A stretch of DNA of 63,364 nt, the filler included, from Octopus bimaculoides (Eukaryota): the NCBI RefSeq assembly GCF_001194135.2. It is 6 parts of 6 records of this genome, joined end to end, with 100 filler letters (N's around TTAATTAATTAA, not from the genome) between each part and the next. Parts side by side here need not be neighbours in the genome. Positions count along the whole stretch, not along the records: positions 51,223 to 58,506 come from NC_068981.1; positions 58,607 to 61,367 come from NC_068984.1; positions 61,468 to 63,364 come from NW_026351127.1; 3 more parts are not named here. The stretch is one strand, 5' to 3'. A program made the position numbers and the translations under genes. The notes under the pieces were generated by a model. That model was not told the origin of the DNA. It ran no database searches and saw only the letters and a program-made list of their open reading frames with translations. Positions 51,519 through 63,364 of the stretch are shown piece by piece; the stretch's first letter is position 1, and each line of letters starts with the position of its first letter.

Positions 51519-51553
<35 letters not shown>

Positions 51554-53466
51554 TAGATGTACACACACACACACATACTTATACATGTATACATACACAC
51601 ATATACATATACCTACACATACACATACACATATATACACACATATATATATATACATATATATACATACATATATACATATACATACATCCATATAGAT
51701 ATCCACATCCACATACGCACATGCACGAACATACATCCACATATGCACTCACAAGCAAATAGATATGCATGTGCATACACACAGGAGGAGTAACTCTAGT
51801 AATAGAAGACCAACGACAACAAGAACAATACCAACGACAACACATGTAGGTACATCTACATGTGCACACACATACACACATAGCTATACGCATAGCCACC
51901 TCTATTATTTATTTCTATCTTATTTTTGCTGTTGTTTTTCTTCTGGTCTCTACCACACCTCTGTTTTTACCTCTTGCTCTACATTTGTATGAAACCCTTT
52001 GTGAATCTCTGAAGAGGCCTAGCGGTTCGGGCATGTANNNNNNNNNNNNNNNNNNNNNNNNNNNNNNNNNNNNNNNNNNNNNNNNNNNNNNNNNNNNNNN
52101 NNNNNNNNNNNNNNNNNNNNNNNNNNNNNNNNNNNNNNNNNNNNNNNNNNNNNNNNNNNNNNNNNNNNNNNNNNNNNNNNNNNNNNNNNNNNNNNNNNNN
52201 NNNNNNNNNNNNNNNNNNNNNNNNNNNNNNNNNNNNNNNNNNNNNNNNNNNNNNNNNNNNNNNNNNNNNNNNNNNNNNNNNNNNNNNNNNNNNNNNNNNN
52301 NNNNNNNNNNNNNNNNNNNNNNNNNNNNNNNNNNNNNNNNNNNNNNNNNNNNNNNNNNNNNNNNNNNNNNNNNNNNNNNNNNNNNNNNNNNNNNNNNNNN
52401 NNNNNNNNNNNNNNNNNNNNNNNNNNNNNNNNNNNNNNNNNNNNNNNNNNNNNNNNNNNNNNNNNNNNNNNNNNNNNNNNNNNNNNNNNNNNNNNNNNNN
52501 NNNNNNNNNNNNNNNNNNNNNNNNNNNNNNNNNNNNNNNNNNNNNNNNNNNNNNNNNNNNNNNNNNNNNNNNNNNNNNNNNNNNNNNNNNNNNNNNNNNN
52601 NNNNNNNNNNNNNNNNNNNNNNNNNNNNNNNNNNNNNNNNNNNNNNNNNNNNNNNNNNNNNNNNNNNNNNNNNNNNNNNNNNNNNNNNNNNNNNNNNNNN
52701 NNNNNNNNNNNNNNNNNNNNNNNNNNNNNNNNNNNNNNNNNNNNNNNNNNNNNNNNNNNNNNNNTATATATATGAGTATATGCATATATATGTACATGTA
52801 TGTACATACCTTCATCTACATGTACATACCTTCATCTACATGTACATATGGATACATATCTGGGTACATGACGTTGCAAAAAAAACATGGACAAAATTAT
52901 AAACAAGGTACAAAAAACACGCAGGCCACATAGAGAACATATCCTTCATCAGCTGCCACTATTATAACACTGGCGTTTCGAGCACGGGGCAATCACATTA
53001 TGGAAGAAACCTTTTTAGCATTTAAGAACACACAAAAACTATCTTATAGTTGCACTTTTTGTTAAGTTGTAATATTCGTCACATCTCTACGATTTATTCA
53101 CTAATATAATTCCGCTCCTGCTGACGAAATTAGCCACTGACAAGTTTCTATAGGCCTTAGAGATACACTTCTTTACTCTCTTTTTACTCCTTTCTCTTTC
53201 TTTATTTTTTCGATGAATCCTTGAATATACGTATCTGTGTTACATGTGTTATGTTGTTTGACCTCTTCGCACGAGTCACCTTAGGCACTTTTAGGTTCGG
53301 TTACTCTGTTTGTTAATAAACTTGTACGTGTCACTACTACCATTCCACTTTATTTTCTATCATTCTCTTTATTTGTCATAATGGTAGGTCTTCAATGTTA
53401 GCAGACATCGTTCGCTATGTATGTATGTATGTATGTAGGTAGGTAGGTAGGTAGGTAGGTAGGTAG

Positions 53467-54862
53467 ATATGCATTTCATTATTCAGTTTATTTCAAGATT
53501 TCTTGGCAATAGAAAAAGAATCGGTTTCTAACCTAGATCCAAGGCTCCTTCATTGGAATTTCAACGACAACAGGGTATTTTTGTTTGTATGTATGTATGT
53601 ATGTATGTATGTATGTATGTATGTATGTATGTATGTATGNNNNNNNNNNTCATTGGAATTTCAACGACAACAGGGTATTTTTGTTTGTATGTATGTATGT
53701 ATGTATGTGCAGATTTGTATGTTTTATGTATGTATTTTCATGCATATAGTTGCATATCTAGACATGCTCATATATATTTAAATGATAAACTTCTGGAAAG
53801 TTTTACAGACTATTACAGTTCCAGTGATGGATTGGATGTGTAGTCTTCGAATTAGCTTTCTCCTTTCTGGTTTTGAGAAGCCTAATTTCTCAAAATTGGT
53901 ATGTAGGCAGTGTGTTACATATCCTAGGGCCCCAATAATTACAGGTATAAACCTGAACTTGTAATATGGATAAAGTAACTGCAGCTTTCTCAATAGTTCA
54001 GCATAGGTGTTCTCTTTTTCACTGTTCTTCAGCTTTATGTTAACATCCGTTGGCAGCTAATTTCCACAAATGTGCACAGTTTTTCTTCTCTATCCCAAAT
54101 CATTATATCAGGTCTGTTGTGCTTACATCTTATTGAGATTTTCGCTGGTATAGTCCACCAGTATTCCTTTTTATTATGAGTGGCTGTGGCTTCTACCATA
54201 TTATGGGTCTGTTTTTTCCTTTGTCCTCGGTCTTATCCTTCCGATTCATTTCATTATAGAGTATCCTAGCTACAACATCATGTCTCATCGGTAGATAATA
54301 CCGTGGTGACATTCTCGGACAACTGCTTATGATGTGGCTGATATCTTCAGTTTGAACTCCACAAAGTCTGCATCGGTTGTCACATTTTACGACTTTTCCC
54401 GCATCTCTATCCCTTTTGTGCATCAGGCACCTGATTGATATTTCCTGTTCCTGGATTGCAAACGCATACCCTTCTAAGTGGGGGGAGTAATTCGACTATT
54501 CGTCCATGATAAACTGCTTTGATTATCAATGTTACTATCATCACGGAGCTTTCTACTAGCATATCCATGCATAGTCTTTTGCTCATATAGGCTCATCCTT
54601 TCAGCTGATGACACGTTACGGTAGAGTCGTGCGACTTCTTTGGGCATGTATTCTAGGTTATCAGACAAAGTGTATTGCTCAAAGAGCTGCCTTCCAAGTC
54701 TTATGATGTTATCAGCTTCATGTATGCAAACTTGGTCAAGAGATGCACTTCGACACCCGGTGGTTAAAAGATGTTGCCGAAGGGATATGACGCGACATTC
54801 AAAGGCATTTTGGATCGTCTTATTTTCATTTTCCAGGTTAAAAATCTGTAGTGGAGGAAAGG
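53467..54862 (-). mobile_element. 5'-truncated R4/Dong-like non-LTR retrotransposon (RLE endonuclease)
   Basis: Frameshifted ORF with K.MHGY, a CCHC knuckle (CRLCGVQTEDISHIISSC..RHDVV), RLE motif HNRPDIMIWD..VEISC and PVIIGALG; 3' UTR ends in (CATA/CCTA)n. Confidence 0.85.
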
Positions 54863-55599
54863 TGCAGAATAATTATTAAGAAATAATAAATTAAATCACA
54901 CACATGTGAATATATCGGAAAAGCACACACTTCTATATACCCACACGCAATTGTGTGTGTGTGTGTGTAAAGAGAGAGAGAAAGAGGGAGATGAGAGAGA
55001 GAGATCGTCGAACAATATATTACAAGTTATAACATATAACTGGTTAGAATATTACCGTCGAGGTCACGCCGAATATTGCCACTGGTCAAAATTAACATCC
55101 TTTGAGATATGTCTGAAGAGACATCATTGTGGATAGTTATATGCTATAAGTAGTAATATATTATTTGACAATATAAAAGCATACCCGCTCTTTTATATTG
55201 AGTGTGCTTTTTTTCTGACTTACGAACAACTAACTGACATTATGACTGTGAGCTTGTGAGTGTATGCATGCATGTATGTATGTATGCATGCATGTATGTA
55301 TGTATGTATGCATGCATGTATGTATGTAAGTAGGTAGGTAGGTACGTACGTACGTATATGTATATATTGTCAGGTCACTCTTTGTACTATCGGTAACATG
55401 TAACCCAGTACAACCTATCACATGCTCAGGTTGTCAGCGACTAAACTGGTAACCTTACCTAGCCTGCTTGGTAAAGAGGTTGGTTTTCATTTGACACCTT
55501 GTAGGACAAAAAGCAAAATTTGTCATGACCATTCAACAGTTGAAAGCGAGAGACCTTTAGTCTTTGTTTAGACATGTCTTCATGCAGGGCCGGCACTAG

Positions 55600-56220
55600 G
55601 TAGTGCGGGGCCCAATTAGATAATTGTCAATGAGGCCTTCTACTGTACAAAGGCTGAAGACTAATGTTTGATTCGTCATGTAGTACGCCAATCCCAGTCA
55701 AAAAGCGTTGAGGGCTTAAGGCTCCACCATTAGTCACAATAGTGTGCAAAATACCATAAAAGCAGATAATAGCAGCTGAGTTATGATTAGCAATGAACGC
55801 TTGTGCGAGGAACAATTCACCTGATTTATATGGTCTGCTCTACGGGTTTTATGAATATATGACAGATTTGTTATCCTTGTACAAGCACTTTGTATGTGAC
55901 GCCTTTCCTAATAGCCTCTTCGAGTTTCCTACTACCTTCTCCAAGATATTGTTCTCTAGTATCAGTTCTTTATTATGGTTAATTAATTCTGTTAACCTTT
56001 AATGAGCCCTTCCACCTCTTGTTGATTCTCACGTAACCAGCTTATCAATCCATTCTCTGTAGTCTTTCAGTACTGGGAACAGCGCGTTCAGTTTCCAGTA
56101 ACGGGATTCTTGTCTATTTAATCTATTTAAGTTTACCGTGTTGATCATAGATTTGCAATATGTGCAGCTAAGGATCTTGAATTGTGGACACCTTAGGCTG
56201 TCCATGCCTGTTGATCTAGT
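55600..56220 (-). mobile_element. Degenerate L1/Tx1-like ORF2 fragment
   Basis: RCPQFKILSCT...RQESRYWKLNALFPVLKDYREWI contains the WKLN motif that follows the APE domain in L1/Tx1; interrupted by stops. Confidence 0.55.
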
Positions 56221-56334
56221 GAAAACTTTATTTACATACGATGTAGGAGGCTAGCTATGGTTTATCTAAATCCACGTTTGCGCATGCGTCTCCCAGTCTC
56301 AACGTGCATTTAAGATACTATTCTAACTCTCACT

Positions 56335-56810
56335 AATATAGGCTTCAAATTTTTGGTAAGGTACTAGTAATTTCGGGGCGGGGGAGTAAATCGATTACAT
56401 CGACTTCAATGCTCAAATAGTACTTATTTTATCGACCCCCAAGAGGATGCAAGGCAAGGTCGACCTCGGCGGAATTTGAAGTCAGAACAAACAGATGGAC
56501 GAAATGCCGCTAAGCATTTTGCCCGGCGTGCTTACGATTCTGCCAGCTTGTTGTCTTAACTCTCACTAATATCGAACGATAAGATAGGGCGGCAAGCTAG
56601 CAGAATCGTTAGCACTCTGGGAAAACTGCTTAGCGGCATTTCGTCCGCCTTTAGGTTCTAAGTTCAAATTCCGCTGATATCGACTTAGCCTTGCATCCTT
56701 TCGAGGTCGATATAATAAGTACCAGTTGAGTACTGACTGCTGAAGTCGATGTAATTGACTAACCCATCCCCCGAAATTACTGGTCTTGTGCCAAAATTTG
56801 AATCCAATAT
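56335..56810. mobile_element. Two family B SINEs head-to-head (- then +)
   Basis: ~56335-56550(-) and ~56586-56810(+), separated by about 35 nt. Confidence 0.8.
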
Positions 56811-56999
56811 TAAAAGATGAGGTATTTCTCCGAAAGTTTACAGATGCCTAAAAACGCAACGTATACTCACCTAACCCATATTTGAGCACAAACAGTCACC
56901 AATTGCGAGACATTGTATTTACCATTATACGTCTAGAACCAACTATTAACAAACATAATATTGAAACATGCAGCGGCACGCACACATACGTATGTGTGT

Positions 57000-57220
57000 G
57001 TGTCCCTCGCCACCGCCTAACAACCGGTGTTGGTGTGGTAACGTCCCCGTAACTTAACGATTCGGCAAAAAGAATCCGATAGAATAAATACCAGTACTTT
57101 AAAATATATATATATATATATATTAAGTACTGAGGTTGGTTCATTCGAGTAAAAATTCTTCAAAGTAGAGCCCCAGCATGACCGCAGTCTAATGACTGTG
57201 ACAAGCAAAAAATAAAATAT
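57000..57220 (+). mobile_element. SINE family A 3' half
   Basis: acaaccggtgttggtgtg..cgtccccgtaacttaacgattcggcaaaaagaatccgatagaataa...ccagcatgaccgcagtc. Confidence 0.7.
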
Positions 57221-57266
57221 GATACAAAGACACCTCCCTCTTCCCTTTTCCCTCCCCTCCCTCCTT

Positions 57267-57589
57267 CTGTGTATGTGTGCATGTGTGTATGTATCTGCGT
57301 GTGTATGTGTGTGTATATGTCTGCGCTTGTGTATATGTGTCTGTGCCTATGTATATGTGTGTATGTGTATGTGTGTGTTTGTGCGTGTATTTGTGTGTGT
57401 CTGTGCCTATGTTTCTGTGTGCATGTGTGTATGTATATGTGTGTCTGTGCGTGTATATGTGCATGTGTGCATGTGTATATGTGTATGTGTGTGTGTCTGT
57501 GTGTATTTGTGTGTCTGTGTGCATGTGTCTGTGTGAATGTACGTATGTATGTCTGTGCGTGTATGTGTGTATGTGTATGTGTCTATGTA

Positions 57590-57625
<36 letters not shown>

Positions 57626-57862
57626 CGTGTGTGTGTGTATGTGCGTATGTATATGCGTGTATGTGTGTATGTGTGTGCATATACATGTGAGTGTGTATGT
57701 GTCTGTGCGTATGTGCGTATGCATATGTATCTGTGCGTGTATGTGTGTATGTGTATCTATGTGTCTGTGTGTATGTGTGTGTGTGTATATATACGTGTGT
57801 GTATATATACGTGTGTGTATATATACGTGTGTGTGTATATACGTGTGCGTATGTGTGTGTGT
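57267..57862. repeat. Long degenerate (TG/TA)n low-complexity block
   Basis: Direct reading. Similar blocks lie at ~51470-51800 and ~60350-60870. Confidence 0.9.
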
Positions 57863-58624
57863 TTCATGCGTGTCGTGTCAACGTGAATTCTCTTTTCCGG
57901 AAGGTAAACAGACTAAATACTCCAAAACCTCTGTGAATCCAGTAATATAATAATTCTAGACGAATTATTCGAGTCTTACATTAAACCTGAATACAAAATG
58001 ACACTTTCTCGTGAATTTCTCGAAAGACTGACGATTTGTTTAGTAACTATGTTGACTCCAATTTCGTGTGTGTATGCATTTATGAATGTTTGTATGTGTG
58101 CACATACAAACACACACACAAATACATATTCATACATATGTGTGTCTGTGCATTTGTACCTGTGTATGTATGTGTGTGCGTATGCGTGCGTATCTATACA
58201 AATGCACATATAGTTATCTATATATATAAAAATGAGAATGTGTGTCTGTCTGTCTGTCTGTCTGTCTGTGTGTGTGTGTGAATCCCTAAAACTCGAGAAC
58301 TACGCAACCAATTTCATTCAAATGTTACAGATGCCTTACTTAGGGTTCCAGTTGTGTTTTAGTCAAAGAAAATTTAACTTCTTGCAGAGTTCGAGCCCAC
58401 AGCAACATAATATCTCCTCCACTATTTAAGTATTACGTGTCAAAAGTGAAACAAAAACACTCATGTCAAATACTTTCACTTTAAAAATGAAACTATTCTA
58501 CTAACTNNNNNNNNNNNNNNNNNNNNNNNNNNNNNNNNNNNNNNNNNNNNTTAATTAATTAANNNNNNNNNNNNNNNNNNNNNNNNNNNNNNNNNNNNNN
58601 NNNNNNATATATATATATATATAT

Positions 58625-58800
58625 ATAGACACGACGGGCTCCTTTCAGTTTCCATCTACCAACTCCACTCACAAGGCTTTGGTTGGCCCGAAGCTATAGT
58701 AGAAGACACTTGTCCAAGGTGCCATGCAGTGAGACTGAACCCGAAACCCGGACCATGTGATTGCGAAGCTTCTTACCACACAGCAACGCATGCGCCTATA
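58625..58800 (-). mobile_element. SINE family A head/centre
   Basis: cgacgggctcctttcagtttcc...gaagacacttgtccaaggtgccatgcagtg. Confidence 0.75.
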
Positions 58801-58883
58801 CTGTTGACACTGTTGTTATCATGTTTTGTTGTTGTTGTTGTTGTTGATGATGATGCCGTCGTCGTTATCGACGGTTTAACCCA

Positions 58884-58982
58884 AGCCGACCTTGACCGAG
58901 CCGACCCTGACCGAGCCGACCTTGACCGAGTCGACCCTGACCGAGTCGACCCTGACCGAGCCGACCCTGACCGAGCCGACCT
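58884..58982. repeat. 15-bp minisatellite, ~6.5 units
   Basis: (GACCGAGCCGACCCT)n with C/T variants. Confidence 0.9.
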
Positions 58983-60352
58983 ATTGGTGCAAGCAGGGCT
59001 GTGTGATTAAGAACCTCGTTTCACAGCTACGTTGATCGGGGTTCGATCCTATTGTGTTCCAATCACCTCCGAGAACAAATGTCCTCTACCATAGCTTCCA
59101 AAACTATATAAATGAACATTAATTGACAGAAACCGACGAAATCAGCCTGGTGAAGACTGACGTAGCTAGAGAGTGTGCCACCTGGGGCAGCTTTTGTGTT
59201 TGCTGTCCAGAGAGACAGATAGGAAACGGTGAAGGGGAGAAAAAGGGAATAGAGAAGAATGGGGAGAAAACGGTATGTAGTAGAGTCGCATCAAAAAGGT
59301 TAAGATCAACATACTTGGAAATGGACGAGTGGCGTTCAGTTAGATAATTATATAAATAATATATATATGTGTATGTGTGTATGTGTGTGTGCGTGTGTGT
59401 GCATATATGGGTACAGGACGTCACCAACTGTGTAAACAACATGAAGTACGAAAACAAACGAGTTAAATACGCAAACAACCAGAGAAAACAATGGAAAACA
59501 GGACAAGTATGTATACAGAAAGTGAGAAATGATCAGAATATGATTTAACTTATTAAACATAGTTCAACAAATTCATATTTATGTAATGAAGGAGATTAGC
59601 TGTTAAAATGGATTATAGTTTTTATTATTCATGTTACTATACAATTTGTTTCATACAAAAAGACTCAGATATTCATAATAGAAAATCGGAATCGTCAAAT
59701 TTGTACTCGTCGGTAGCTGGGATAAAAACCAAGACGTTAGAAGTACATAGGTTTTCTCTTAGTAATCATATTGTAATAATGTGTTCGTTCTTGAAGTCAT
59801 GCCTATTTTAAACAAGACTAAAAAAAATATATGATTGGGTGCGAAAAAAAACTGACATTCTCCCTATGAATTTCTATATGTGAGTCTATTTAAAACTCCA
59901 TAAATGAATTATATCAACCGGTCAGGCTGTGTTTGTATTTACGAGGAGGAATCCAAATAAGGAAGTGAGAGAATTTCCAAACTCAAACTTAGTTTTTACT
60001 TCACCGTCAATTATCCTTTTGACTTCAGAAATTATTGGGGAAAAAATGTTTAATAGCAATGGATAATAATTCCAGGTTTATGAAATTTATACTTTAAGTA
60101 TTTATTGTAAATAATAGGTCTAATATTCATAGACAAAAATAAGTGTTACATGTTGTAATGATTATCTAGTCACAGTGTTGGAATGTTTTTGAGAAAATTT
60201 AGGAATAGATACTATACGAGTAATAAGGTTTGAAAAACAATTTGAAATAAAAGGGGGGGGGTACTTACGTAATCAACTGATAAATATATATAATCGTCTG
60301 TGGAGCGATATAAATAAGAAAGGTTTTTTTTGATAGTTAATATCGAAAATAT

Positions 60353-60392
<40 letters not shown>

Positions 60393-60713
60393 TATATACG
60401 TATATATATATTTATATGTATATACATATAAATATAAATATATATATATATGTATACATATATATATATATGTATATATATATGCATGTAATGTATGTAT
60501 GGATGTCTACACCATCTGTCTTCGACTTTTGTTTTTTTTCTGTGAATTCTCCCCTATATATAGAGATAAATATATAGATATATATGTGTGTGTGTGTGTG
60601 TGTTTACGTATATATTCATACAAATATGTGTAAGTGTAAATATACATGTATACATATATATGTTTTATATATATATATATATATATACACACGCACACAA
60701 ATATATATATATG

Positions 60714-60755
<42 letters not shown>

Positions 60756-61289
60756 AATACATATATACTTATACACATACACACACACACANNNNNNNNN
60801 NNNTATATATATATATATATATACACACGCACACAAATATATATATATGTATATATATGTGTGTGTGTGTGCGCGCGATAAAAGCGTACGAACGTGTATG
60901 CCAGTAGACGTTATGAAGGAGCCTGTTTGTATATGTCAGGACATTATTTCTCCGTTGACATTTTCACTCCTATATACACTAATATAACGATGCTCTTTGT
61001 TTATCATGATATATAAATGTGTGTGTGTGTGTGTGTGAGGGAGGGAGACCGAGGAGGGACGGGTGTGTTGGGAAGTAAATATTTCGAAATGCATGTGGCT
61101 TATAAAAGTCACTCAGTACACATTAGTGATACCCTAAAAAGAAAATCTGTGTAGGGTTATTGGGTTCAAATCGCGACGAACTCAGCTCACAAAGTGAGTG
61201 AAACAACAGCTGTAATCTACACGGCTGATGTTGGCTGTTTTGGATCCTCGAACAGAAGAAGCGTCGAGCGACTCGCTTAGCTAAGGGCT

Positions 61290-61349
<60 letters not shown>

Positions 61350-61719
61350 TACCTAAAGTCTGGTTTCNNNNNNNNNNNNNNNNNNNNNNNNNNNNNNNNN
61401 NNNNNNNNNNNTTAATTAATTAANNNNNNNNNNNNNNNNNNNNNNNNNNNNNNNNNNNNNNNNNNNNGAGTCTGTGGTGTTTTGTTGTTGTTGTTGTTGT
61501 TGTTGTTGTTTCGCCCCCAGGTCAGTACTGATCCAGCAAATCAACCATTGCAAGAGTTTTCCCGTCTTATATCCAGCCACAGTTTATCTAAGACTACACC
61601 AACTAATGTATACCCGCCCTTGGCGCTACCTAATGACACAAAGAATATGATATGAGGGGCCGATTCGAATATTTCCCATCCTCCTCATTGTATATCTTGT
61701 ATACTTACATCTATTATCA

Positions 61720-61810
<91 letters not shown>

Positions 61811-62139
61811 CTTTATCATTTCATTGTGTGTAAACCCCTGCACTGTACGTCTGTTTTGTATTGTCAGCCTCATCCTTCGCCCTGGTGGCAAATAAATGAA
61901 ATCATTATTATTAATATTATTATTATTATTATATTTATTATTATTAGTGTTGTACTTGTTGTTGTTGTTGCTGTTGTTAGCTCTTGGTTATTTTGTCGAA
62001 GTCCTTTTCGTCACAAAACGTGTGACGAAAGAACTCTGACATAATAAGCAATAATTAATAACAATAAAGCTGAAGTCAAGGTCAAATAGTGCGTGTGCCC
62101 ATTGGCAAAACGAACATCTCCAAATAAAACAATGTACTT

Positions 62140-62640
62140 ATATATATATATACATATATACGACAGGCTTCTTTCAGTTTCCGTCTACCAAATCCACTCA
62201 CAAGGCTTTGGTCGGCCCGAGGCTATAGTAGAAGACACTTGCCCAAGGTGCCACGCGGTGGGACTGAACCCGGAACCATGTGGTTGGTAAGCAAGCTACT
62301 TACCACACAGCCACTCCTGCGCATATATATATATTTGNNNNNNNNNNCTCTTTAGCCGAACTGCTAAGTTACAGGGGACGTAAACATGCCAGCATCGGTT
62401 GTCAAGCGATGTTGGGGGGACACAGACACAAACATATACACACACATACATATATATATATACATATATACGACAGGCTTCTTTCAGTTTCCGTCTACCA
62501 AATCCACTCACAAGGCTTTGGTCGGCCCGAGGCTATAGTAGAAGACACTTGCCCAAGGTGCCACGCGGTGGGACTGAACCCGGAACCATGTGGTTGGTAA
62601 GCAAGCTACTTACCACACAGCCACTCCTGCGCATATATAT
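62140..62640 (-). mobile_element. SINE family A, young copy (head appears twice around a 10-N gap)
   Basis: CpG-intact consensus-like sequence. Segments ~62140-62337 and ~62450-62645 are identical. Confidence 0.8.
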
Positions 62641-62902
62641 ATATTTGTATATATTAATATTATACATATATATAATATATGTATGTGTGTGTGTGTGTGT
62701 CAGCGCGTATGTGTGTTTTTGTCTGTGTATGTACATAGGTGACACGAGACAAAATACCCACCCATTCACCCATCCACACACACACACACACACACGTGTG
62801 TGTACTTAGTTTCTGTCAACATTAAACAAAACGCATTGTGCGAAATACAATACAAAATGTATATATATGTATATACACTCACTCACACACATCCTACCCT
62901 AT

Positions 62903-62934
<32 letters not shown>

Positions 62935-63184
62935 GAACACGAACACACGACTTGCTTCCGTTTCATTTCCGAAAATTCCCTTCTCACAAGACAAAACATA
63001 TTGCACATTTGATCTGATTTCTTTGGACTGTCCAATCCTTTCAAAACCACAGCCGAAGGAACTAGCGTCACGTGGTTGACCGCGAACCAGTTCTACTTCC
63101 ACGACCCCATTACCACCGCCACCACCACCACTACCACCACCACCATCACCACAATCCCACCTAATGCCCTCTCCACACACACTC

Positions 63185-63217
<33 letters not shown>

Positions 63218-63364
63218 TCCTGTTTCTGCCCTCAATGGTCCTCAGTGCTATTGTCTCAACGACAACGCTTGCTTCCAGTACCAATGTTGCCATATTTCAT
63301 GAAGTCACAAATGAAACCAGGACAACTTCCGGAAAATTCCTTAACCTCATTCGATGTGAATTAT

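Noticed and set aside
52925-52995. GAAAC...CTGATGA on the - strand (type II hammerhead order)
   Set aside because: The stem II strands (gtgctc / aggata) do not pair; probably a repeat remnant with no supportable fold.
57189-57950. Long ORFs rich in C/V/Y/M or H/T/I (also ~19528-20057, ~51439-51899, ~60212-60907)
   Set aside because: Translations of dinucleotide microsatellites, with no splice or codon evidence. ORFs spanning N runs are also artefacts.
62140-62645. Exact direct duplications flanking ~10-N gaps (also ~26865-27010, ~53550-53707, ~60660-60870)
   Set aside because: Identical sequence on both sides of tiny gaps is the signature of unmerged overlapping contig ends.

Overview
AT-rich, microsatellite-dense eukaryotic genomic DNA from a gapped draft scaffold. 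The SINE families, RTE tails and dinucleotide-repeat load point to an octopus genome (inference). Two protein-coding genes are supported, both on the + strand. The first is a 5'-partial tetraspanin of the TspanC8 type, with five phase-0 exons at 2711-19418 and the first coding exon upstream of the window. The second is an alpha-tubulin gene with TATA/Inr near 36780-36812, an ATG-only first coding exon at 36930-36932, exon 2 at 41376-41598, and the 3' CDS at 42470-42804; the middle of its CDS is hidden in an N gap. The rest is transposon-derived: RTE LINE 3' fragments, an R4/Dong-like RLE LINE, an L1/Tx1-like fragment, Penelope-like remnants with decayed hammerhead-like motifs, mariner and Chapaev-like fossils, several MITEs, and three tRNA-derived SINE families. 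The most notable observations are a TIR-bounded element with an AT duplication that encodes a SAP-domain ORF (44531-45497), a SINE-head/ORF chimera (31799-32386), hammerhead-like relics, and a roughly 15-fold switch in CpG density between the tetraspanin body and the tubulin region. No CRISPR array, rRNA or convincing tRNA gene was found. All alignments and counts were done by eye, and family names come from recalled motifs, not database searches.
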